Below are positions 10,063 through 18,792 of a DNA stretch of 64,000 nt, one piece after another. The stretch comes from an uncultured bacterium. Its GTDB lineage: Bacteria > Zixibacteria > MSB-5A5 > UBA10806. The translations under genes and the position numbers were made by a program. Where the stretch lies: contig CBEUCH010000002.1 of the NCBI GenBank assembly GCA_965541585.1, positions 128,001 to 192,000 on the forward strand. Direction: 5' to 3'. The notes under the pieces were generated by a model. That model did not search any database and was not told the DNA's origin. It saw only the letters and a program-made list of their open reading frames with translations. Within the stretch, counting starts at the first letter, position 1; each line of letters begins with the position of its first letter.

Positions 10063-11424
10063 TTATTGCGAAACCAAATTTTCAAAAATCATCAAGCCCT
10101 CATCCCGATCACAAAGGAAAACGAAATCGGAATCGGCCCAGACACCCTGAGCGTAAGGAGTATCGTATCTCGCTATGACGTGGGCCGAATCGGGCACCGA
10201 GGCGTCGATCACCTTCAGCCCGCTGGCGCCGTCCGCTATGTAGGCGTAATCACCGACAATATGGACATCCCGGGCTCGACCGGAGGTGTTTATCTGAGTT
10301 GCCAGGAGGGGATTATGTCTATCGGTAACGTCCACTACGAAAATCCCCGCCCGGTCGGCGGCGACATAAGCGTAATCCCCCTCGACCCAGATAGAAAGAG
10401 CGCTTCCGGTCAGATCCAGCGAGGAGATCTGCACCGGATTAAGGATATCAGTGTGATCCACGATAATCAATCCCGCCACGCCGTCGGCGATATAGGCATA
10501 TTGGGCGTCCGAAAAGATGCCATTGGCATCGGCAGGCAAATCCATGGAGTGGACTTGAGTAATGTTGGTGGGGAACGGGTCATATATGATTCGATAATAG
10601 CTGTAGTTTGCCGGAGAAACCCCTCTGGAGCGGGCCGCAAATACATACAGGGTGTCCGATATATATGTGGCGTGGATATCTTCGATATTCTGCTGGGCGA
10701 AAGAGGCGTATTCCGGGAAAATGGTATCTCCGATATTGAATACCTGAACATGGGCATCCATGTCCGCCACGAAAACGAATGGGAACGTATCGGCGGGAGC
10801 AACGTAGACTCCTTTGGCGAAATCATCTGCGATGGTGTCAATATTCCTGATCATAAAAGGGCTATTCTTATCCGCTACATCAATAATTGTAAGATCTGCC
10901 TGACCGTCGGCGATGTATGCCGTATCTCCCCGGACGAAAACATCCTGGGCTGTGCCGACGGTATTGATGCTCGATATAAGTTCTATATAGTTTACATAGT
11001 CGCTCTTGAAGAATGTCCGGATTTCGGCGTCCGACCAATCGCCCCAAATATCATCTCCGTTTTCCCCTCTGACCCGCCAGAAATAGCTGTCGTTGGCCAG
11101 TTCCGATAGGGTGGTATACGTGGTGTCGGTCGTCTGAATATCTATGGTCTTGCTGATAAAATTATCGGAGGGTGAAACCTGAAGCTGGTAGCGGACAGCC
11201 ACATCGCCGGGACTCCAGAAGAAAGTTACATTTCCCTCGGTGACAAAAGCGTCAACAGCCGGCGATACCAAGTCAACGGGGGGCGGAATCTCAAGATAAC
11301 GAATGATCACCTTCTCCTCGCCGCACCCGACAGTCATGATAAAAAAGACCATCAGGAACAGGACGGATCGATTGCGAAAGACCCTTGTCAAATCCATGCT
11401 TATCAGTTCATTACAGGGTCTCAT
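10063..11424 (-). CDS. lipoprotein with FN3-like domain and LVIVD repeats
   Basis: Lipobox-like IMTVGC; YFWRVRG; diverged YAYIADG..GL repeats; RBS gaagggag. Confidence 0.75.
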   Translation of the reverse strand: MRPCNELISMDLTRVFRNRSVLFLMVFFIMTVGCGEEKVIIRYLEIPPPVDLVSPAVDAFVTEGNVTFFWSPGDVAVRYQLQVSPSDNFISKTIDIQTTDTTYTTLSELANDSYFWRVRGENGDDIWGDWSDAEIRTFFKSDYVNYIELISSINTVGTAQDVFVRGDTAYIADGQADLTIIDVADKNSPFMIRNIDTIADDFAKGVYVAPADTFPFVFVADMDAHVQVFNIGDTIFPEYASFAQQNIEDIHATYISDTLYVFAARSRGVSPANYSYYRIIYDPFPTNITQVHSMDLPADANGIFSDAQYAYIADGVAGLIIVDHTDILNPVQISSLDLTGSALSIWVEGDYAYVAADRAGIFVVDVTDRHNPLLATQINTSGRARDVHIVGDYAYIADGASGLKVIDASVPDSAHVIARYDTPYAQGVWADSDFVFLCDRDEGLMIFENLVSQ

Positions 11425-11466
11425 ACTCCCTTCCGGAAAACCGGGCAGATTCCCTCATATACACTA

Positions 11467-11558
11467 AAGCAACATTCCTCGGGAATAACCACACTGCGAA
11501 TATCCCGAGGAAATATTGCAGCTTCACCTAAATATAGATGTTGCCCTGTTATTGTCAA
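11467..11558 (-). promoter_or_regulatory. sigma70-type promoter plus long 5'UTR hairpin of the lipoprotein-C25 operon
   Basis: TTGACA-16-TATATT on the minus strand; perfect inverted repeat ttcctcggga (11475-11484) / tcccgaggaa (11503-11512). Confidence 0.55.
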
Positions 11559-11797
11559 GTGCGAAGCATCGCGTTCAATGAATAATATCGCAGCATCATG
11601 GTTACAACATGATATGGAGGGTAGAATGTTCCAGAAATAGGATCGGAAGGATTTTTATTTGAGCACAGGTATCCTGTTAACCGGCCGGGGGAGATTTCCC
11701 CGGTCGCAGCAGGGGCATCGTCAATTCTCGAAATCAAGAGATCGCAAAAGCATTCGGATTGAAGCCGGCGACCTCTTTTGCCCTGACCCGGGCAGGT

Positions 11798-12208
11798 TTA
11801 ACTCACCGATGATTTTTGAAGCGATTCTACAGTTTGCTTTATGAGGTTCAATCTCTTTTCCCATTCGAGGGAGACACGGGGCACCTCTTTGCGGGCCTCT
11901 TCCTGATCCACTATTTCCCATCCACTGATGGTTACCTTTAGAATCGTGCGTTTTCCCCTTGGTACGAGATCGCAATTCGTTGTTATGGATACCGCCCTGG
12001 ATTCTCCGCTGAGGGAGAGATGCCTGGGCGGCTTGATGTTTTTGACTCTCAGCGTCTCCTTTGATCCGGAAAACTTCACAAGGCCCCCCTTCTTAAAGCC
12101 GGCCCTGATTTTTGAATCCCAGATGCACCCCGATTTCCCCACGTCAGTAAGGCAAGACCAGACATCTTCCAGGCTTGCCTTGATGGCTACTTCTTTATTG
12201 ATTTCCAT
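11798..12208 (-). CDS. SRPBCC/Aha1-like domain protein
   Basis: IKASLEDVWSCLTD N-terminal motif and C-terminal helix W..RL..IK. Confidence 0.7.
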   Translation of the reverse strand: MEINKEVAIKASLEDVWSCLTDVGKSGCIWDSKIRAGFKKGGLVKFSGSKETLRVKNIKPPRHLSLSGESRAVSITTNCDLVPRGKRTILKVTISGWEIVDQEEARKEVPRVSLEWEKRLNLIKQTVESLQKSSVS

Positions 12209-12694
12209 TATACGCTCCTCTTTGCTCCGCCGGTTTTCCCATAGTCTTCTGATATTACTGGCAATGTTCCGACGTCATGATGTAATTCGGCAGATTTATG
12301 CCGCCCTGTATATGGTTCAGATCGCATCTTTTGAGTTTCATTTAGTGTGTTCTCACTGTAATCTATGACCTGCAGGCAAGTTCGATTCTGCTATGAAAAA
12401 TACGGTTTCAGATAGCTACCTTTTGGCGGTTATTTTGATCAAAAGATAATCATACCGTTTTAGGTCGAGAATTTTTCAGAAGGAAACCCTGGTGAAAAAA
12501 CGATGCAATTGAGAACAGGTTTCAACCGGCTTTTCCAGTTCTATTTTCCAGCCTCGTGACTGCCGGCCGGATTATTCCTTGACGGCGTTGCAGCGCGGTG
12601 ATATGAACAAAATGCGAATGCGGCGAGAGAGATCTCTGGATCCCTGGCGGCGCCGGCCGCTCTCCGCAAGCATTCTGAGCCGTAAGGAGACCCC

Positions 12695-14029
12695 GTGAAA
12701 GGCGATTTTTCGAGCTTCAATTTCAAGCCCGGCAGCAATTATCTATCGGTATTAAAGCAACAGGGGCGTGTTGATCTCGATTCGGACTGGAATGAACAAG
12801 CCGAGATCTTAAATGAGAAACATAGACAGTTTATTTGCGATATTCTGGGATATCTGGCCGTGCCGCTTTGTCCCAACAAGATTACCCGGGATAACTCAGG
12901 TGCGCTCAGAATAGATAAGTTCAGCAGAGGCCCCGGCGGGATTATCGATTTTTTCATTGGGCGCGGTATCGCTTATATCGGGGGCTATCCATGCTTATTT
13001 GAAAATGATATGATGTTCAGAGCCCAGCCCGATTATCCCGAACCTGAGATTCCGGACGGAGCCGGTGATATACTGGTCTACGTGGAAGCCTGGAACAAGA
13101 CAATCAGCTATATAGACGATGAGACCATCCGGGAATCGGCTCTCGGGGGGCCGGATACCTGCCTCAGAAAGAAACTTTTGGCGCAGGTGAAATTCAAGTA
13201 TGTGTCAGATGATATCGATACGCCCGGGCGGGCCTATAAGTATATTAATGACTCTTTTTCCGGGAACGATTTACTTCTTACGCTGAAAATTGAAGAGACT
13301 GCCCATCAGATTCCAATAGGCTTCGGAGAGGTCGACCCGGGAGGAGGGCTTATACCGGGTAATCTGCATTTTCGGGTTGAGCTTCACCGGGGAGCCGAAT
13401 CCAACGGCGGCTACAGCGAGGGATTTAAATGGTCCGATGAGAACGCCGCCACGGTGGTGAGAGTGTTGAAGGTGGCAGGTAACGACTCGTTGATCGTTGA
13501 GGAGGTGGAGGCCGTAACGGGTGAATCCCTGAAAAACGGGGATTGGGTTGAGATCTCGAATCTTATTACCGAGTATCACCGGGAGGGTGGCCAGATGGCC
13601 AGAATAGAGGCTATAACGCACGATGAAACAGGTCTTCAGGTAACCCTCGATTCCGAGATTCACCCGTTATTGAGGAGATCTCAGGTTGGCGGTAAATCGA
13701 AGTCTGAGTATTTCCTTGCCCCGAGACTGCGCCGGTGGTCAGGATATATTTCACCTGTATCTGCGAAAACGATTCACGACCTGGGACGAGGAATCAAGGC
13801 AAAGTTCCACGACGAAAGCAAAAAAGAGATTTTTCGTCCGGGAGACTACTGGACATTCGCAATACGAGACAGGGCCTATAACAAGCGGTTCGCTCCCAAG
13901 AAGGCGCCTGCGGACGGCATCGAGGTTTATCGTCACCCGCTGGCCATAATCAAATTCAAAGGCAAAAAGCAAATATCGAGGATCATAGACTGCCGGCGGT
14001 TCTTCAAACCGATAGCAGATTTTGATTAG
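12695..14029 (+). CDS. DUF6519-family protein (phage tail / contractile injection system associated)
   Basis: MKGDFS...QQGRVDLDSDWNEQ, ALGGPDT, FKWSDEN, FRPGDYW and DCRRFF motifs; GTG start with aaggag RBS. Confidence 0.75.
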   Translation: MKGDFSSFNFKPGSNYLSVLKQQGRVDLDSDWNEQAEILNEKHRQFICDILGYLAVPLCPNKITRDNSGALRIDKFSRGPGGIIDFFIGRGIAYIGGYPCLFENDMMFRAQPDYPEPEIPDGAGDILVYVEAWNKTISYIDDETIRESALGGPDTCLRKKLLAQVKFKYVSDDIDTPGRAYKYINDSFSGNDLLLTLKIEETAHQIPIGFGEVDPGGGLIPGNLHFRVELHRGAESNGGYSEGFKWSDENAATVVRVLKVAGNDSLIVEEVEAVTGESLKNGDWVEISNLITEYHREGGQMARIEAITHDETGLQVTLDSEIHPLLRRSQVGGKSKSEYFLAPRLRRWSGYISPVSAKTIHDLGRGIKAKFHDESKKEIFRPGDYWTFAIRDRAYNKRFAPKKAPADGIEVYRHPLAIIKFKGKKQISRIIDCRRFFKPIADFD

Positions 14030-14114
14030 ATAAGTTTTCTAATATCAGCGCTTTCCGGATCTTGATCCTATGTTCAGTTTCGATTAGAGACTTACTTTAG
14101 ATATCAACGCACTA

Positions 14115-17102
14115 TTAATCCGCTGTGGACTCCCGGCTAATCCCGGTTCTGGGATTTAATGAAGGGATTACAAGCAGCCCGTCCTCTCCCGGTGCTATCA
14201 AGCCGCCCTGCCCGGGGCAATCGGGACATCCGCTACCCGGCACAATTAAACCTCTGTATAAACCGATCTCGGTAACCACGTCGCCGAGCTCATTGGGTAC
14301 GCAGCTGCCGTTCGGGTCGGCATCAGGAGTGAAATCCTCGCCGTGGGACGGACAGTGGCACTCGTAAGTCGCTGTGATCGTGCCTCTGTACATACCGATC
14401 ATGGCGATAGCGTCGCCCAGCTCCAGCGGGACGCCGTTGTGGTCGCAATCGCCCACGAGATATTGGCAACTCGAAAATTCGCCGCACGGCGGTGCCAGAT
14501 TATCGCAGAGGGTGCTGGCGGCGAACCTGGTGCCGTCGCAGTCCAGAATGTGGACGTCATCCTCGCAATCACCGCTGGCGTCGTCGCAGCAGGCGCCGGC
14601 AGGGCCGACGACCTGGCAATCTACGATATCGATCTGGCCGATATAGGCTGCGCGGGCGATCATGTCCTCCTCGTTTGCGGCGCCGATGATTGCGATTTCA
14701 ATGCTTACCGACTCCCCGTCATTGAGCGTATAGGGGCCGGTGCTCAAAAGCGATGACATATCATCATACCAATCATCTGCCACACGGTCGCCATCGTAGC
14801 TCATGAGGGTGTAAAGATCCTCCATGAGCCAACCACCGACCGGTGGGTAGATGTAATCCTCCTGGCTGACGGCAGTCATGGAACGCAGGTTGACCTCATC
14901 GTCGTTAATCAGGCAAAGCCCCATAATATAAGAGAAGTCCGTAGCTCCCTGATACATGAGCTTATTTCCTCGGTCAAATACAACTGTGTCGAAAGAAGGA
15001 TAGACAACGTCCCAATCGAAGTAGACACCGGCGTAGTAGTCGCTGATTGTCGCGCCGGAATTATTGGTGATGGTGAAAATATGGATGAAGATATCGCCGG
15101 CCTGCACTACATCGGGGGGCTGGAATCCGATACCACAGTAATTGATATCAACACCACCCATAACGCCTTCATCGTCATAGGCGCACGTCGGGTGGAAGGG
15201 ATCCAATAGATTCAGGCTCTCAGTTCCCCTGTAGCGATAGCAATCGGTGGGAGTAGCGCCTGTCTGATTGTAATGAGAAAACATCCTCGCAGGACCATCT
15301 CCCATTACGAAGGTAGCGCCATGATTTGCCGGATCGATGCCGTAGCTATAATTATCATCCTGGTAATCGGGGTCGCCGAGCGGTCCGTAATTGCTGACCG
15401 CACAGTCCGGTATGTTGCCGGTCTCGGCCAGCCCCCGAGGTGTCATGGCTTCCTCGATCCTCAGATCGAAACTGGAAATACAATCAGGAGAGGGATAGCT
15501 ATCGATCATTATCCAGTAAGTGCCGGGCTGCAGGGTCAAATCTTCTAAACCGTGGGGAGCAGCTACGTTTGATGTCGATGAGGCAATACATTCGTTCGAA
15601 TCGGGCGGGCAAAAATCGTCTACCAGGATTCCTGTAAACGCATCGTCATGTGGGTCGAGAGTGATATCGAGCGTTATGACCTCAGAAACCGTAAACTCAT
15701 AGACGATATCCTCGCCGCCGTCATAGTCGTCAAGACAGGTATCGTCTTGGTCGTTTCCCGCGCCGCACGTCGTCCGACCTATATCGGAAAATGGCAATTG
15801 CGAGTTTATGTCGCCGATAACCACGTCCGGGTTGCATGGGGGCGTCGGCGTACATTCGACCCACATAGTATAATCGTTACCCAGAACACCGTTTCCATCA
15901 CATGCCAGATCCTCGGACCAGTCACTCGGCGCGATCCTTATCCAGTATATTCCGGGAAGCGCTTGCTCCAGTATCCGCGCCGTTTGGCAGCGGCCGACGA
16001 TCCGGGAGGTATACTGATAATCCTCGCAATCTTCGTTGCCCACGTCGTCGATGAATAGAAGCTGGAGCGGGAATTCGGCAATACCTCCAATTTCCAGATC
16101 AGATGGTGCAGTCACCTCGAACCTGTACCAGTCGATGTCGCGGTAAAGCCGATCCTCGCCCGGATTATCCGGATCTTCGCCCAGGAAAACGCCGCTCTTG
16201 CCGCATATTGTGTCGCCACATGCAATTTCCGTCCAGATCGGTTCCAGCGGCGGAACGGCATTACATCCGATGTTGAACTGATCGATATAATTATAGTGGC
16301 AATCCGGTTCGGCCTCGGGAATGCCGTTATCGGGGCAGGTAAGTTCGCATAACTGATCGGTGATCACAACGTCATCGAAAGAACAGGCATAACCCCATTC
16401 GGCGTAATAATGCATCGTCAGGGTATGTATATTGCCATCGGCGTAGTCGTCCAGTATCACCGAACGAATTCCCATAAATGGAATATTATCAGGCGCCTGG
16501 ACGAGATCGGCCTGTTCGCCATCGATAAGGACCTCGAAGTAATCCACGGAAGGGACATAAGCCCTGAAATACAACCAGTAGCTCAGAGTTAGCTGGCTGC
16601 CAACAGGAGTTGAAAAGTCGACGGAAATTTCCTCATCTGTGGTCGATCCGAAGCCACCGCCGTAGGAATCTGAACCGACCATATAGCCGCCGCCCTGGTT
16701 CTCGATGTGACCCCAGGCGTAGTCCCAGGGATCCGGGCGAATTACCCAGTCCTCGGCGCCGCTGCCATCGCCATTGCTGACAGCGGTCCAGGCCGGGTCG
16801 TTTGTGAAATCGCCGTCCTCGAAATCATCGTAAAGCCAGTCAGTCAGGAAAAGGGGACGTTGCCCCGGTAAGAGGATAGAGGAATCGAAGAACCGTTCGG
16901 TCTTTATAGGGCTTTGCCGCACAGTGCCCCGGTTACTTGCTTGAGGCTTAACTGCGGTGGTCGGCAAACGAAGAATGCCCGTTCTCGCTGGTTCGGCCAG
17001 GGCCGAAACCGTCTTGCCTTCAGCAGCAAGAACGGCCTGCCAGGCGAACAAAGCGAGGGCGAGAGACGAAGTAAATCTTATCTTCATATCAATCTCGGCC
17101 AC
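14115..17102 (-). CDS. large secreted Cys/Asp-rich multidomain protein with dockerin-like C-terminus
   Basis: Signal peptide; PPC-like segments (GEDIVYEF, PGTYWIMID); GACC repeat; C-terminal CQYLVGDCDHNG...ADPNGSC. Confidence 0.65.
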   Translation of the reverse strand: MAEIDMKIRFTSSLALALFAWQAVLAAEGKTVSALAEPARTGILRLPTTAVKPQASNRGTVRQSPIKTERFFDSSILLPGQRPLFLTDWLYDDFEDGDFTNDPAWTAVSNGDGSGAEDWVIRPDPWDYAWGHIENQGGGYMVGSDSYGGGFGSTTDEEISVDFSTPVGSQLTLSYWLYFRAYVPSVDYFEVLIDGEQADLVQAPDNIPFMGIRSVILDDYADGNIHTLTMHYYAEWGYACSFDDVVITDQLCELTCPDNGIPEAEPDCHYNYIDQFNIGCNAVPPLEPIWTEIACGDTICGKSGVFLGEDPDNPGEDRLYRDIDWYRFEVTAPSDLEIGGIAEFPLQLLFIDDVGNEDCEDYQYTSRIVGRCQTARILEQALPGIYWIRIAPSDWSEDLACDGNGVLGNDYTMWVECTPTPPCNPDVVIGDINSQLPFSDIGRTTCGAGNDQDDTCLDDYDGGEDIVYEFTVSEVITLDITLDPHDDAFTGILVDDFCPPDSNECIASSTSNVAAPHGLEDLTLQPGTYWIMIDSYPSPDCISSFDLRIEEAMTPRGLAETGNIPDCAVSNYGPLGDPDYQDDNYSYGIDPANHGATFVMGDGPARMFSHYNQTGATPTDCYRYRGTESLNLLDPFHPTCAYDDEGVMGGVDINYCGIGFQPPDVVQAGDIFIHIFTITNNSGATISDYYAGVYFDWDVVYPSFDTVVFDRGNKLMYQGATDFSYIMGLCLINDDEVNLRSMTAVSQEDYIYPPVGGWLMEDLYTLMSYDGDRVADDWYDDMSSLLSTGPYTLNDGESVSIEIAIIGAANEEDMIARAAYIGQIDIVDCQVVGPAGACCDDASGDCEDDVHILDCDGTRFAASTLCDNLAPPCGEFSSCQYLVGDCDHNGVPLELGDAIAMIGMYRGTITATYECHCPSHGEDFTPDADPNGSCVPNELGDVVTEIGLYRGLIVPGSGCPDCPGQGGLIAPGEDGLLVIPSLNPRTGISRESTAD

Positions 17103-17338
17103 GATAGTTAAGGGAGTGACAAGACGCTTCTCACTGTCAAGCTTTTTTTAAGCCCGGGAGTTCAGGAATAGTCACCATTGATACTTGAGCTCTCTTAGTC
17201 TTCAAACTTCATTTTGCTTTATCAAAGGGGCGAGATATTTATAATTCTTGTTGTGAAATCTGCATGACTTATATAAATTGTCGAAAATAAAGGCGTGGTT
17301 TTCAGCCCCTGGCGGGTCAATCGTCAGCAATTCGGAGG

Positions 17339-17863
17339 ATGCTATTGAAGCTTAAGATCAAATCACCGGTACTGAAGTCTCTTGCAAAACTTTACATAGC
17401 CTTCGGCGCGATTCTGGTTTTTTTTATTGTCATCTTTAACACCCAGATCTTTTACTTGAATGTCAACGTCCCTTTTACATCATTCATCGTTCTTTCATCC
17501 AGCTTTTTGATAAATCTGTTCGGAGGAACCTCGTTCGTTGACGGCACTCATCTGTCCACCGCGCAGTTCGGCATCAATGTCGTCGACGGCTGCAACGGGA
17601 TCTATGCCACGGCCATACTACTGTCGGGCGTTATCGCGTATCCCGCCAGGCTGACCCATAAGATGCTGGGTGTGCTTGTTGGAATTGTCGCCATTTTCGT
17701 TCTCAACCTGGTGCGGGTGATAAGCCTTCTATATCTCGGGCAGTATTTCCCCGATATATTTAAAGAAATTCACGTTTTTATCTGGCAGCCTATCATAATC
17801 CTGTGGGCGATCTATATCTGGTATTTGTGGTGGCACAAGATTGAAGGCAAAGAAGCCAAATAA
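17339..17863 (+). CDS. xrtH: exosortase H (IPTL-CTERM specific)
   Basis: VVDGCNG catalytic Cys, LNLVR Arg, EIH His; multi-TM; lies next to an IPTL-CTERM gene. Confidence 0.8.
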   Translation: MLLKLKIKSPVLKSLAKLYIAFGAILVFFIVIFNTQIFYLNVNVPFTSFIVLSSSFLINLFGGTSFVDGTHLSTAQFGINVVDGCNGIYATAILLSGVIAYPARLTHKMLGVLVGIVAIFVLNLVRVISLLYLGQYFPDIFKEIHVFIWQPIIILWAIYIWYLWWHKIEGKEAK

Positions 17864-18431
17864 ATGGTTTTTTCTTCTCAGGTTTTTGATCGCCTTTGCG
17901 ATCATTTACCTGCTGTGGAATTTCTCGGCTCCCCTCGCGAATAGAGTGTTTACATTTTTCGGCGGAAATATCCTGATGCTGTTTGACGGCGCAAACTATA
18001 CCAGGGCAGTTGAGCCCGACGGTGAATTCATTGTTGTTGTCTTCGGGGCCGGCAAAAATGTTGAAACGCTCAATCTTGAGTACAAGGGATTCACATTCAA
18101 CACCGTATTATTGCTGGCGCTGATTCTGGCGGTGCCGGATGTGAATTATAAACTCCGCCTGAAGATATTGATTCTTGGTATGGTAGTGCTATACCCGATA
18201 CAGATTATCAGGCTGGTCATTTTCATTTTCAACTACTATTGCCAGAATATGGGGCGACGAGGCGGGGGTACCTTATACCCTCAGTTTACGCATAATGCGA
18301 TCGGCTATGTCGATAAAACGCTGATAAGGATTGATGGCCAGATAATACCGGTATTCATATGGGCTGGATTATTTTATTATTACAAGTGGCATAACGTATT
18401 TACCAAAATGATGAAAAAGAGATCCGCCTGA
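17841..18431 (+). CDS. exosortase H-associated membrane protein
   Basis: Multi-TM ORF overlapping xrtH; LLLALILAVP motif. Confidence 0.65.
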   Translation: MKAKKPNKWFFLLRFLIAFAIIYLLWNFSAPLANRVFTFFGGNILMLFDGANYTRAVEPDGEFIVVVFGAGKNVETLNLEYKGFTFNTVLLLALILAVPDVNYKLRLKILILGMVVLYPIQIIRLVIFIFNYYCQNMGRRGGGTLYPQFTHNAIGYVDKTLIRIDGQIIPVFIWAGLFYYYKWHNVFTKMMKKRSA

Positions 18432-18545
18432 ATTCCGGAGCGGAATAAAATTTACACTAATAAAAAAGCTGTTATAAAAGCAAAGGGGCGCACTGCGCAT
18501 CCATATTAGATTTCGCAATACGCCCCCGCTCCTTTTTAAAATGCC

Positions 18546-18579
18546 GGAGGCGTCAGGCTTTAGAACCTGACGCCCCTCC
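18546..18579. repeat. REP-like hairpin
   Basis: ggcgtcagg-ctttagaa-cctgacgcc; gaggcgtcaggct recurs at 42403-42415. Confidence 0.45.
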
Positions 18580-18582
18580 AGA

Positions 18583-18792
18583 TTACTCTTCCTCCTTTGA
18601 CCGTCTACCGTAGTAGATCCAGAGATGAACGATGTAGGCGATGATAATCATACTGATCAAAGTGCCCGCAAGATCCATAGTGGTAATTGAACCGGCTATC
18701 AGAACAACGCCGGTTATACCGGCGATAGCAACTACAAAAGCCACAGCCAGGACCCTGAAGAACACCGAGGGTATGAAAATCGGTTCGCCCAT
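18583..18792 (-). CDS. small two-TM membrane protein coupled to the IPTL-CTERM gene
   Basis: TGATG stop/start overlap; two hydrophobic helices and a basic tail. Confidence 0.6.
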   Translation of the reverse strand: MGEPIFIPSVFFRVLAVAFVVAIAGITGVVLIAGSITTMDLAGTLISMIIIAYIVHLWIYYGRRSKEEE

